64,000 nucleotides of DNA from a virus (taxonomy: Duplodnaviria > Caudoviricetes). Each line of letters begins with the position of its first letter. Position 1 is the stretch's first letter. Positions 46,674-56,236 of the stretch are shown one piece after another. The stretch is taken from IMG/VR virus record IMGVR_UViG_3300021431_000096, positions 1 through 64,000 of that record. One strand, given 5' to 3'. The translations under genes and the position numbers were made by a program. The notes under the pieces were generated by a model. That model did no database searches, had not been told where the DNA came from, and was given only the letters and a program-made list of their open reading frames with translations.

Positions 46674-47216
46674 ATGACACAGAATTGGGAGTGCGAAGAA
46701 TTATTTCTTAACGAGGTGGTGCGTGTAGAACTGGTACCGGCGAGCAAGGCTGAATTGCTCGTGCCGTTCAATGTCGGCGAGGTGACGGCAACGGCAGGAT
46801 GGAAAGAGATTGACGACCCTGATAAGCCAGGCAAAAAGAAAAACGTGTCGCGGGTCGGCACGGCGGTGATGGTGATTGACGCGACGGCGACAGACGCGAC
46901 GGGAAGGCTGGTGTCGCCGCCGACGCTGAAGACCACGGAGAAGCCCGACAGGGCGGGATATATCCGCCAGCACGACCTGCAGATACCCACGGAGGGCGGC
47001 TACGAGGACATCCGCAAGAAGCGTGGAGAGCTGGCAGGCGTGGACTTCAACGTGGTGCTGGAGATGCGCAGCGGCTCGCGGTTTCTGATCTATGCGCTGC
47101 CGAACTCATCGACGGTGGCCGTGGAGGATCAGTTCAGCGGCGAGGGCAAGCAGACGGTGAAGGTCTCTCTTCAGTCGATGTCGAACATGATCCGTCTGAC
47201 CGATTCAACGACATAG
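46674..47216 (+). CDS. Hypothetical protein, probably structural
   Basis: Beta-rich 180-aa ORF upstream of the head genes. Confidence 0.6.
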   Translation: MTQNWECEELFLNEVVRVELVPASKAELLVPFNVGEVTATAGWKEIDDPDKPGKKKNVSRVGTAVMVIDATATDATGRLVSPPTLKTTEKPDRAGYIRQHDLQIPTEGGYEDIRKKRGELAGVDFNVVLEMRSGSRFLIYALPNSSTVAVEDQFSGEGKQTVKVSLQSMSNMIRLTDSTT

Positions 47217-47548
47217 CGGGCGACCGCTCCATATCTTCATATAGCTGACAGACACACAATCTTTAAAGTCTAATTTAGTTTATAAATTGTCCCGACGGCG
47301 TGGTGCGTGAGCATCGCGCCGTCTTTCGTTTATCCCTTAAAAACGCCTTTTGACCTGCGGTCGAAATTGCTCACGCTCGGAAATGCTGATGCGGGGCATC
47401 GCATTTCGCTCGCTTACTCGCAATTTTGCCCTAAAAACGGCTTTTGCGGGCGAAAAAGCAGTCCCAAAGAAATCGCACGTGCTATACCTTTGCCGATGTG
47501 GACGCGACGAGCCACGACAGCAAAATTGAAAATCGAAAAATCAGATTT

Positions 47549-49297
47549 ATGAACGGACTATTTGAAATACTCAGCAACAAGGAGTGGATGATTCAGCAGG
47601 AGTTCCTGCACAGCATCCTGCCTACGCTGCAGTACAACATCACAAACCATGCCTCTCTCGGCATCGAGCGCGAGAAGAAGTCGCCAATGGCCATCGGTCA
47701 GCATGGACAGGACTTCATTCGTGAGTATCAGGTGACACAGGACGGAAAGACGCACGGTCGTTATGGCTGGCGCGGCGACAGCCTGTCAGAGTTGAATGAA
47801 CCTTTCGTCAATGTTATGCCTATTGACGGACCTATCACCCGCAATGGCGGCGCTTGCAGCTACGGGTCGATGGAAATCCGCGACTGGATGATGGAGGCTG
47901 CTAACAATCCTGCTTGTCAGGGTCACGTATTGAACATCAACACCCCCGGCGGCAGCGCTTGGGCAAAGAACGACTTCCAGCAGGGTATCGACTATGCTCA
48001 CGCCCGTGGTCAGCGCGTCATTGCCTTCATCGACGGACTTTGCGCTTCGGCTGGCATGTATCTCGCTTCGCTCTGCGACGAGGTGTATGTAATGAACCCG
48101 AAAGACCAGTTGGGCTGCGTCGGTGTAATGGCTGCTTTCTGCACCATGAAGAACGGAGAAAAGTATCAGTGGGGCGAGACCTACCACGAATACTACGCTA
48201 CCAAGAGTATCAACAAGAATAAGGAAATGCGCGACATTGCCGAGAACGACGACGCCAAGCTGCTCATTGAAGAGCTCGACAAGCTGGAGGCTGAGTTCCG
48301 TGCCGACATGAAGGCTGCTTTCCCCAATGCCAAGGACGAGCACCTGGACGGCAAGGTATTCGACGCTAAAGATGTGATGGGCATCCTGTGCGACGGTGAG
48401 ATGATGCTCGGCGACGTGATCTGCCGCGTGTTCAACCTCGCCAACGGCACCGAACAACCCATCGCCCGCACCGCAGGCCGAAAGGTCGCTAAGCGTCAGC
48501 AGACGGCAGGTCGCGGCACGTCGGCTGGTCAGCAGGCATCCGTCGGCAACTGTGCATCCGCATCCGTCCGCATGACCGCCGCGCAGGCTAAGGAAAACAT
48601 TTTATCACCAACAAATAACAGTATCAACATGAAAGAGAATTATCCCGCAGTGTTTGCGCTTCTCGGAGTCGAGGAGATGCAACTTTCAGAGGAGGGCACT
48701 TTCTTCAACAAGGATCTGCTCGCCACGCTGAACAGCGCCATTGAGGCGAAGAACAAGGAGACGGCTGACGCCAAGGCTCTGGCCGAGCAGCTGACCTCAG
48801 AGAAGAACGAGCTGACCGCTCAGATTGAGACGCTGAACGCCGACCACCAGAAGGCCATCGACGACCTGAAGGCTGAGCACGCCACGGCCATCGAGGAGAA
48901 GGACAACCAGATTTCTGCCCTGGAGCAGGAGAAGGCCGACCTCACCGCCGCCGCCACGACGAAGGACGAGGAAATCGCCACGCTGAAGACCGACGCAGAG
49001 GGCAAGGCTTCACAGATTGAGCAGCTGACCACCGACCTGAACGGTGCGAAGGAGAGTCTGACCACCGCCGAGGGCACGATTGCCGAGCGCGACCAGACCA
49101 TCAGCGACCTGAACGCCCAGATTGCCGAACTCCAGAACAACCCCGGCGCAGAGCCCGCAGCAGGCGCAGCCCCGAAGAACAACGGCGGCGGTGCGGAAGC
49201 CCCAGGCGTAGCCGTCAACCAGTATGTCTATGACCCCTCACTCTCCTACGAGAAGAACATGGAGGCCAAGGAAAAGTGGGAGGCCGAGCACAAGTAA
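47549..49297 (+). CDS. S49 (SppA/ClpP-like) prohead protease with C-terminal coiled-coil scaffold
   Basis: IDGPITR.G, L.INTPGG, IDGLCASAGMYLASLCD, GCVGV; long acidic coiled-coil tail; precedes the capsid gene. Confidence 0.88.
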   Translation: MNGLFEILSNKEWMIQQEFLHSILPTLQYNITNHASLGIEREKKSPMAIGQHGQDFIREYQVTQDGKTHGRYGWRGDSLSELNEPFVNVMPIDGPITRNGGACSYGSMEIRDWMMEAANNPACQGHVLNINTPGGSAWAKNDFQQGIDYAHARGQRVIAFIDGLCASAGMYLASLCDEVYVMNPKDQLGCVGVMAAFCTMKNGEKYQWGETYHEYYATKSINKNKEMRDIAENDDAKLLIEELDKLEAEFRADMKAAFPNAKDEHLDGKVFDAKDVMGILCDGEMMLGDVICRVFNLANGTEQPIARTAGRKVAKRQQTAGRGTSAGQQASVGNCASASVRMTAAQAKENILSPTNNSINMKENYPAVFALLGVEEMQLSEEGTFFNKDLLATLNSAIEAKNKETADAKALAEQLTSEKNELTAQIETLNADHQKAIDDLKAEHATAIEEKDNQISALEQEKADLTAAATTKDEEIATLKTDAEGKASQIEQLTTDLNGAKESLTTAEGTIAERDQTISDLNAQIAELQNNPGAEPAAGAAPKNNGGGAEAPGVAVNQYVYDPSLSYEKNMEAKEKWEAEHK

Positions 49298-49359
49298 ACC
49301 CCAACCAACACAAGACTCATAAATAACAAAAATTATTCACCAACACATTTTTTTCAACT

Positions 49360-50625
49360 ATGGCAAACGAAAAATTCATCGGATTGGAGAATGTGCAGTC
49401 GGTAGCCGACAAGCTCTCTCCGAACATCGTGATCGGTCCCGCATACTACATGCGTGACGAACTGGACCGCCTTGGCATCAAGGTCGAGACAGGTGTGCAG
49501 TACCAGCTGACGAAGACCGTCTTCGCAGGCAAGGGTGGTCAGACCCGCCGCAAGGAGGTTGGCAACGTCGAGGAGAAGAAGCTGGGATATCTCTTCACCC
49601 GCAAATTACAGGCGAATATCTGCGTACACCGCATTCGCTGTAATGAGGACGACTTCCAGGAGAAGCCCGGCAACATCGCCATCAACGGCTCTGCCGAGAT
49701 GCACTTCGAGAAGACCGAGCTGTTCATGACCGAGCAGGCCAAGCTCTTCGCTCAGGACATCTGGAACAACATCATCGGCGGCGACGCAGCCAGCGACGAC
49801 GAGGAGATGAACCTCTTCGACGGTCTGCTCACCGTGATGGCCACCGATCTGAACGACGGCACCGTCAACAAGGCAGCCAAGAATCTCATCCCCAGCGGCG
49901 TGTTCGACAAGCCACAGAGCGAGGGCGACAGCCAGGCTTACGACGAGTTCGTGGAGTGGCACAACCAGTGGTCTCCACAGCTGAAGAAGCAGAAGGCCAA
50001 CGTCTATATGCCTACCGACGTGGCTCAGGCCATCGCCGATGCCTACGAGCAGAAGCACCGCTCACACAAGAGCGTCATCGAGCTGGAGAACGGCAACTAC
50101 CGCATCAACAGCGACGGCCTGTCTAAGCTGACCTTCGTTCCCGTGGACGACATCAAGGGCAACCTCGTGTTCGCCACCATCGAGGGCAACCTCCTGCTGG
50201 GCGTGAACAATGAGAGCGACTCTTCATTCGTGAAGGTTCTCCCAGAGCCCTCGCATGATGTAAAAGACCTCGTGATGCAGATTCAGGGAATCTTCGGATT
50301 CATGCTGGTTGACCCCTCTGCCCGCGCATTCGTCACCAACGGTGGTGCTGCCGAGATGGAGTTCAACAGCGGCGACTATACCAAGGATGCCGTCTATGTA
50401 ACCTCTAACAACGAGGAACTGGGTACCGTAGCCATCACCAACGGCACCGCCCCCGTAGAGAGCGGCACTGAGGTAGCCAAGGGCACAACCCTGACGCTGA
50501 CCGCCACCGCCAAGAAGACTGGTGCTAAGTTCGTGAAGTGGAGCAACGGCTCGACCGACAATCCTGCCACCATCGTCGCCAACGGCAACCCGATGGCCAT
50601 CGTCGGTATCTTCTCGGGGGAATAG
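49360..50625 (+). CDS. Major capsid protein with C-terminal Ig-like domain
   Basis: Follows the protease; LFDGL.T....D motif; C-terminal LTLTATA..G.KFVKWS.G.TDNP.T Ig-like repeat. Confidence 0.75.
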   Translation: MANEKFIGLENVQSVADKLSPNIVIGPAYYMRDELDRLGIKVETGVQYQLTKTVFAGKGGQTRRKEVGNVEEKKLGYLFTRKLQANICVHRIRCNEDDFQEKPGNIAINGSAEMHFEKTELFMTEQAKLFAQDIWNNIIGGDAASDDEEMNLFDGLLTVMATDLNDGTVNKAAKNLIPSGVFDKPQSEGDSQAYDEFVEWHNQWSPQLKKQKANVYMPTDVAQAIADAYEQKHRSHKSVIELENGNYRINSDGLSKLTFVPVDDIKGNLVFATIEGNLLLGVNNESDSSFVKVLPEPSHDVKDLVMQIQGIFGFMLVDPSARAFVTNGGAAEMEFNSGDYTKDAVYVTSNNEELGTVAITNGTAPVESGTEVAKGTTLTLTATAKKTGAKFVKWSNGSTDNPATIVANGNPMAIVGIFSGE

Positions 50626-50927
50626 GAGCCGGGGATGAGCCGGCTGAACAAGCATCGGATAAGGTAAGTTACAACTTCACTTCGTACAGCGCGGACGGCG
50701 AGACCGAGTACGGCAACGGAACGGTCGAGACCACAGGCGAGAAGAAGACCTTCAACGGTGTCGAGTACACCGAGGCCGAGGTGAAGACGAACACCGAGCC
50801 CGAGTGGGTGGGACGTAAGTTCTACATCATCTCGACGGCGACCGCAGACGGAACGACCAAGTACCCGCTCTACGACGCCGAGGGCCAGGAGGCCGGAGTT
50901 CTGGTAACTATCACGCCGACGGCGTAA
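50616..50927 (+). CDS. -1 frame extension of the capsid protein (probable programmed frameshift)
   Basis: G5 run just before the MCP stop, hairpin at 50627-50645, open -1 frame to 50927 with phage-like codon usage. Confidence 0.6.
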   Translation, partial: GGIGAGDEPAEQASDKVSYNFTSYSADGETEYGNGTVETTGEKKTFNGVEYTEAEVKTNTEPEWVGRKFYIISTATADGTTKYPLYDAEGQEAGVLVTITPTA

Positions 50928-51034
50928 ATCTCTCAAAGGGGGTACGGGAGCCCCAGGCGCTTATATCGCCCGCCGACGGGCTCCCTCCCTTTTCTCAAAC
51001 AAAAGTAGTAACCAACACAAAAACATTTATTGAT

Positions 51035-51595
51035 ATGGCAGACATCACATGTCCAACATTGCAAGACATCCTCAAGAGCAATGAGTGCCTTGAGAATCTG
51101 GCAGGTATCAGCTCCGACGTCTATGTCGGTGTTAAGAGCGACCTTGCTGCGCCTCTGACCGCAAACGAGAACTTGTATGGCACGCCCACATTCTCGTCGT
51201 CCGACGGCAAGAAAGGTCTCTACAAGATTCAGGGCAAGAACGAGGCCCAGAAGATTGCTTTCTCCAGCCTTGGCCCGCGTAAGGGTTACGAGTTGACCAT
51301 CACGGTGGTCATCGAGTCTCTCAACCAGGCGTTCAGTAAGGTCGGCAGAGCTTTGAACAACCTCGATCTGTTTTTCATAGTAGAGGATGGAGAGGACTCT
51401 CTGATCATGTACGACCCGCAGCGCCGCTGTGAGGCCGAGTCGGGTGGCATCGCTGGTGACACTGGCGACACCGCAGACAGCGACCGTCAGGCCACCTGCG
51501 AGTTCAAGCTGAAGCCCGTTAAGTACCCCTTGCTGTATGTCACCAAGCCCTCAGATCCCAAAGGCTGGGACTCTCTGCTCGCAAGTGCACAGTAA
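51035..51595 (+). CDS. Major tail / tail-tube-like protein
   Basis: C.ENLAGI...VY......LNNLDLFFIV.D......YDP....G...DTG.....DR pattern of Bacteroidota phage tube proteins. Confidence 0.6.
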   Translation: MADITCPTLQDILKSNECLENLAGISSDVYVGVKSDLAAPLTANENLYGTPTFSSSDGKKGLYKIQGKNEAQKIAFSSLGPRKGYELTITVVIESLNQAFSKVGRALNNLDLFFIVEDGEDSLIMYDPQRRCEAESGGIAGDTGDTADSDRQATCEFKLKPVKYPLLYVTKPSDPKGWDSLLASAQ

Positions 51596-51665
51596 AACTC
51601 TCGCTCACCGAAAGTCATAATTGATTGGTTTCATAAGTTAGTATTGATTTTAGGTTAGTAATGTG

Positions 51666-51701
51666 AGCCCCGCGTCACGAGTTGGCGCGGGGCTTCTTTT
51701 T
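51666..51701 (+). terminator. Intrinsic terminator between convergent genes
   Basis: AGCCCCGCG...CGCGGGGCT followed by TCTTTTT. Confidence 0.75.
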
Positions 51702-52347
51702 ATTCCGTCGGCAGCTCGGCGGTCGGCTGTCCGTCGGATTCCTCCGCCTTCGGCTCGTCCTTCTTCTTCGCCGCCTTCTTCTTCGGCTCGGCAGGCTGCC
51801 CGGCGGCCTCGGCCTTCTTCTGCTGCACGCGGAACAGCGACTGCAGGATGCCCACCAGCGAGCCGACGATGCCCTCGCTGCCCATCATGCGGTTGACCGA
51901 CCCAGAAAGGACGGAATAGTTGGCGATGCTTGACTTCGGCGACGCCTGCAACAGCATGGGGCCGCTGACGACCACCGTCTCCGTGTCGCCGACGACGCAG
52001 AACAGCTCCATCTGCTGGCCCTCGCGCCAGCCGTACTCCGTCTGCTTCATCCACGCCTCGCCAAGTTCCGACGCCACCAGCTCCGACTGGTCGCCGTCGG
52101 TCAGCAGGTGCAGGCGGCGGATCCACCCACGGTCGTACCACCGCTTCAGGAAGCGCATCAGCGTGATGTCAACCTCCTTCACGCAAATCCAATACTCGCC
52201 GAAGCCCGCATTGGCCACACAGCACAACGCGCCCATCAGCCCTTTCATCGTCACGTCGCCCTGCGTCTGGAACAGGGCGGCACCGCCGGAACTTCTAAGC
52301 ATTCGCGGCAAAACGTTCTCTACGCAACATGGTTCTACAAATGCCAT
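51700..52347 (-). CDS. Hypothetical protein
   Basis: MAFVEPCC...FQTQGDVT; driven by a divergent GTCCC promoter. Confidence 0.7.
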   Translation of the reverse strand: MAFVEPCCVENVLPRMLRSSGGAALFQTQGDVTMKGLMGALCCVANAGFGEYWICVKEVDITLMRFLKRWYDRGWIRRLHLLTDGDQSELVASELGEAWMKQTEYGWREGQQMELFCVVGDTETVVVSGPMLLQASPKSSIANYSVLSGSVNRMMGSEGIVGSLVGILQSLFRVQQKKAEAAGQPAEPKKKAAKKKDEPKAEESDGQPTAELPTE

Positions 52348-52377
52348 AGTCTTAATTATTTGATGATTACTACGACA

Positions 52378-52449
52378 CAAAGATACGGCTTTTGTCGTCT
52401 GTTTTGGGACAAGATAGTCCCATTATATATATATAAGGTATTACCTTTG
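52378..52449. promoter_or_regulatory. Back-to-back divergent GTCCC-class promoters
   Basis: - strand GTCCC(52410-52406)-N20-TATCTTTG; + strand GTCCC(52417-52421)-N20-TACCTTTG. Confidence 0.7.
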
Positions 52450-52482
52450 CCATTGAAATCAAACAAAAAGGCGATATAGATT

Positions 52483-54087
52483 ATGACACAGAGACTTTAC
52501 ACCGAAATGAATGCCGACGAGCAGTTGCAGTGGGTGACTGAGTTCGGCGAAATCATGGAGCAGCACGGCGAACGGCTCGCGCTGCTGACGAAAGGCAAGG
52601 CCACGGCAACCACCGATGATGCTGCCGCCATCCGACGCATTTTTTCTCTTCTCGCAGCTTGGCCATTCGCACAGGACTTCTGCGACAAGGCCCAGCGCTA
52701 CGGCGACTACATGGCCCGCACCCCCCGACTGCCTATATATATAGAAAAGGTGAAGGAAAAGCTGGCCGACGGACTGACCATGACCGACGCGCAGGGTAGG
52801 ATAGTAGCTTACGTGAATCCTTCCACACCGCTTCGCCGCCGTGGACGTCCGACGAAAGAAGAAGTGGCAGCCCGTCTGCGCGGTGAAACAATCACCATGC
52901 AGGACGGAGACGACCCCGAAGCCCGCAAGCGCCGTACCATCGCCAAGATGCTCGGCCTGGAAGTGGTGATCCACGGCGATGCACCGCGAGAAAAAAACAA
53001 TGCCGAGATTGCCGCCGAGAAAGCCGCGAAGCAGCGGGAATATGAAAGAATGAATCCGAGCCTTTTCGCCGCGCAGCCCGGCGGATCATCGGGGACTGGC
53101 TCCATGCGTGCTGTCGAAGATGGCACACTGGTGCCTGTCCCCAGTGATTCGCCCGCTCCCCAGAGCGGAAACACCGCCGCCTCTTCTGTCTCCGGCGTCC
53201 CGTCTGTTGCCGTACCACAGCAACCCCAGTGCCCCACCATGTCCGAGGTCTATCAGGACCGCATCGAACAGGACCGCCTGCGCCTCTCCGACCTCGCCTG
53301 GCTCTGCTCCGGCGACCTCCGCAAGCGCATCGAGACCGTCCGCGCCCTCCGTGTCACCGCCGAGTCAGCCTCCGAACGCGCCAAGACGATGGCCGACCTC
53401 GGCCAGCCCGCCGACGCCATCGCCCCCTATGCCCAGCAGGCCAAGGAAGCCGTCGATGGCTACATGGCCATCTATCAGGCCGTCGACGAGGAACTCGCCA
53501 TCCAGTTCAAGCGCCTCAGTATCGACCTGCCATATCAGGAAAGATTCAAGCGTCGCTTCAAAGGTGTCGATCTGGAGAAAGTCCTCCATATCACCCGTCC
53601 GTATTATGAAAAGGTGAAGAAGGACAATCCTGCCATTGACGTCCGCATCAAGCAGGCCATCGAGACCGACAATCCCGAGTACGCCGCCAAGCTGAAAGCC
53701 GAGGAGGAGAAGAAGCAGGAACTCCAAGCCCTCCACCGCTACATCATGCGTAAGGACAAGGAGGCCAGTGACGAGCGTGTTCGCACTATGACAGAACGAA
53801 TCGCCCGCATCCGCGAACTCGCCGGCGACGCCGTGGCCGACACCTATCTTCCCGTCCTCGAAAAGACCAGGGCCGACAACCTCGCCTGGCGTGCCGCCAA
53901 GGGTAAACCCGCGTCGGACAAACCAGCTGACACCGTGGGGACTGTCCCTGCTGTGGGCAGCGACGCTCAGGAGCGAACTACAGATGGACTGTCCCCATCC
54001 GTGTCAGTCGCTCCCAAAGAGCGAAAGAAGCCTTCGGCCAAGCCTGCCGACAAGAAACCCTCTCCGAAGAAGCCCGCCAAGAAATAA
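52483..54087 (+). CDS. Hypothetical helical protein with an AT-hook-like RRRGRP motif
   Basis: 534 aa; RRRGRPTKEE; Lys/Pro-rich tail. Confidence 0.7.
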   Translation: MTQRLYTEMNADEQLQWVTEFGEIMEQHGERLALLTKGKATATTDDAAAIRRIFSLLAAWPFAQDFCDKAQRYGDYMARTPRLPIYIEKVKEKLADGLTMTDAQGRIVAYVNPSTPLRRRGRPTKEEVAARLRGETITMQDGDDPEARKRRTIAKMLGLEVVIHGDAPREKNNAEIAAEKAAKQREYERMNPSLFAAQPGGSSGTGSMRAVEDGTLVPVPSDSPAPQSGNTAASSVSGVPSVAVPQQPQCPTMSEVYQDRIEQDRLRLSDLAWLCSGDLRKRIETVRALRVTAESASERAKTMADLGQPADAIAPYAQQAKEAVDGYMAIYQAVDEELAIQFKRLSIDLPYQERFKRRFKGVDLEKVLHITRPYYEKVKKDNPAIDVRIKQAIETDNPEYAAKLKAEEEKKQELQALHRYIMRKDKEASDERVRTMTERIARIRELAGDAVADTYLPVLEKTRADNLAWRAAKGKPASDKPADTVGTVPAVGSDAQERTTDGLSPSVSVAPKERKKPSAKPADKKPSPKKPAKK

Positions 54088-54157
54088 CTTCTTTTCATTT
54101 AGCTATAATTGTCCCCGCCCGCATGTCTCCCTCCGAGACCCCTGCGGGCGGTTTCCG

Positions 54158-54478
54158 TCACCACTCGTCATGAGCCTTGATCGCACCGTCTATACTTGCG
54201 TATTGTATATTACAAGCATCAACGTCTTCTGTTGGCTCTTCTACAAGTTCGTAGTCTTTTTCCGCACTTATTGGGAATCCCCATCCTTTTCCATGATAAC
54301 AACCGCCAGATATGCTCGTTATCGTATATTCTGCCTTGCTTCCTTTTGGACGGATTGTATCACCTATATCAAACTTTGGCTTAGGATCCTCTAAATAATC
54401 CAGCACATCCTTTAGCAGATAATAAAAATCATCTGCCATTTCTTTTATAGTCTCTTGTAAAAACATCCCAAGGCTCAT
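54158..54478 (-). CDS. Hypothetical protein (PKFDIGD KOW-like motif)
   Basis: ORF track; start uncertain. Confidence 0.5.
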   Translation of the reverse strand: MSLGMFLQETIKEMADDFYYLLKDVLDYLEDPKPKFDIGDTIRPKGSKAEYTITSISGGCYHGKGWGFPISAEKDYELVEEPTEDVDACNIQYASIDGAIKAHDEW

Positions 54479-54551
54479 AATACTCTGATGATCTCAAGTC
54501 AAAACTTCTATTATTGCGTATGCTGTCTATTAACTCTTCCTTTGTCATACG

Positions 54552-54950
54552 TTAGTCCTCTTGCTTGTAATTACTATACCACTCGTCGATGGGTCTCATA
54601 CCAGCCACCGTGAGACGGTGCTCCAGCAGTTTGAGCCAGTCCTCTGACTTCTTCAACTGTTCTGCCAGCGCATCCTGACCGCTCTCTACGGCCTTACGCA
54701 TTGCCCCGTTGATTTGCATTGCTACCGCACCGAGAGCATAGTCATCATCACGGCTCCACGTCAATTCCGGCATCACATTCTGCTGCACCCCTTCATCCTC
54801 CTTCGGCAGTTTGTCGAGGTCGAACATGTCGAGGTAATACCCGTCCCTTACGATGCAGTGTTCTGGCACCATCGGTGTACCGTCCACATACGCCTTGATA
54901 GCCTTCCACGTCGGAAGGTGTTTCATCATAATTCTTGTTTCTTTGTTCAT
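54552..54950 (-). CDS. Hypothetical protein
   Basis: TACGATT-ATG start context; ends QED*. Confidence 0.65.
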   Translation of the reverse strand: MNKETRIMMKHLPTWKAIKAYVDGTPMVPEHCIVRDGYYLDMFDLDKLPKEDEGVQQNVMPELTWSRDDDYALGAVAMQINGAMRKAVESGQDALAEQLKKSEDWLKLLEHRLTVAGMRPIDEWYSNYKQED

Positions 54951-54973
54951 AATCGTATTTATATTTTTACCAT

Positions 54974-55744
54974 TCACACCAGCTCCTTTACCATTTTCCT
55001 GATATTCTTCACATACCCCCGCGTCATTTCGATGAAGTTGACCTCCGGGTTCTTCGAGAGGGCGCAGATGAGCAGCGGGTTATGCACCACGGCGATGATC
55101 TGCGTGTGCGGCTTGTGGAAGTCGAGCACGGACTTGATATGCCCGATGTTCTCGATGTCGAGGTTTCTGTCGGGCTCGTCCATCAGGATGGTCCACTCGT
55201 CGCCCTCGACGATGTGGTCGGCAACGTAATCCGTATAGGGCTTGTAGTTGTCCTTGAACCGCGTGTAGTCGAACATCAGGTTCGCGCCCTTGCTGAACAT
55301 CCTGGCGAAGAGCGCGTTCAGTGCCACGATGACACCCTCGCCCGTTGACGACTCCCGCTGCCCGAGGAACTCGCTGATGGAGTGGTCGTTCTCGAATATC
55401 TCGTCGTTGTGCTGCCTCTCCCCCGCATGGCACAGGCGGAACGTGTTGCGCCTATAGTCGGCATACACGTCGGCACCGGCATACATGTGCTTGTCGTCGC
55501 CAAGGCCGAAGCAGATGGCATTGATGTTGCTGTTGAACATACCCGCCGAGCACTCCGACAGGTCCACCAGCAGATACTTCCTTATCAGGTTCATCAGCGT
55601 GGTCTTGCCGCAGCCGTTCTTGCCGACGATGATGTTCACGCCAGGCTTGAACTCATACGTCTTGCCGTTCTTGAACGCCCCGAGTCCGCTCAGGTACTCG
55701 ATGGGCGTGTCCCCGTTGTTGTTGATTACCACCTTTGTTATCAT
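54974..55744 (-). CDS. ABC/AAA-type ATPase
   Basis: Walker A GKNGCGKTT, S.GE signature, Walker B ILMDEPDRNLD, H-loop VVHNP. Confidence 0.88.
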   Translation of the reverse strand: MITKVVINNNGDTPIEYLSGLGAFKNGKTYEFKPGVNIIVGKNGCGKTTLMNLIRKYLLVDLSECSAGMFNSNINAICFGLGDDKHMYAGADVYADYRRNTFRLCHAGERQHNDEIFENDHSISEFLGQRESSTGEGVIVALNALFARMFSKGANLMFDYTRFKDNYKPYTDYVADHIVEGDEWTILMDEPDRNLDIENIGHIKSVLDFHKPHTQIIAVVHNPLLICALSKNPEVNFIEMTRGYVKNIRKMVKELV

Positions 55745-55927
55745 AATTTCTTATTCCTTTTTTTTATTTCGCCGTGCTCCGTCGGCAGACGTGCGATAAT
55801 TCATACTGCCGTGGGCTTCCTGCTGTCTCCCTGCGTGGGGCTTTCTGTTCTCGCCCGACAAACCTTATTAGTCCTCCTTGCGGTTGGGACCGTCTGCCCG
55901 ACGGTGAGCGCGTCGATGTATTACCTT

Positions 55928-56236
55928 TTATATATTACGCGAGTGTTGCCAGTGATAGCCTGATTTGCACCATCCTCGCAGGTCGCGGTCTCGTCGCGGT
56001 GTGAATGCAAACCTGCTTGTGTCGCCACACATGACCGATTCGTCGTAGTCCTGCTTATACACCCACCTACATCCCTTGTAGGGCTTGCCCGTGCGGATGC
56101 TCCTGAGTATGCTTGTGCGGTCGAGGTGGTAGAGTTTCATTGCGTCCATGATGCCCTCAAACCATCCGTTCAACGTTCCGTCTGGAAAGACTGCCACTAC
56201 AGGCTTCGGCTTACGTCCTCGCTTTGTCATCGTCAT
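55928..56236 (-). CDS. NUMOD1-like DNA-binding protein
   Basis: KPVV....DG....WFE.I.DA.......TSI...I..GKPYKG.RW.Y. Confidence 0.6.
   Translation of the reverse strand: MTMTKRGRKPKPVVAVFPDGTLNGWFEGIMDAMKLYHLDRTSILRSIRTGKPYKGCRWVYKQDYDESVMCGDTSRFAFTPRRDRDLRGWCKSGYHWQHSRNI

Noticed and set aside
53090-54000. GGGGACTG/CTGTCCCC motifs in gene 52483 as GTCCC promoters
   Set aside because: No TAnnTTTG at the 19-21-nt spacing; they look like short palindromic repeats in low-complexity linkers.
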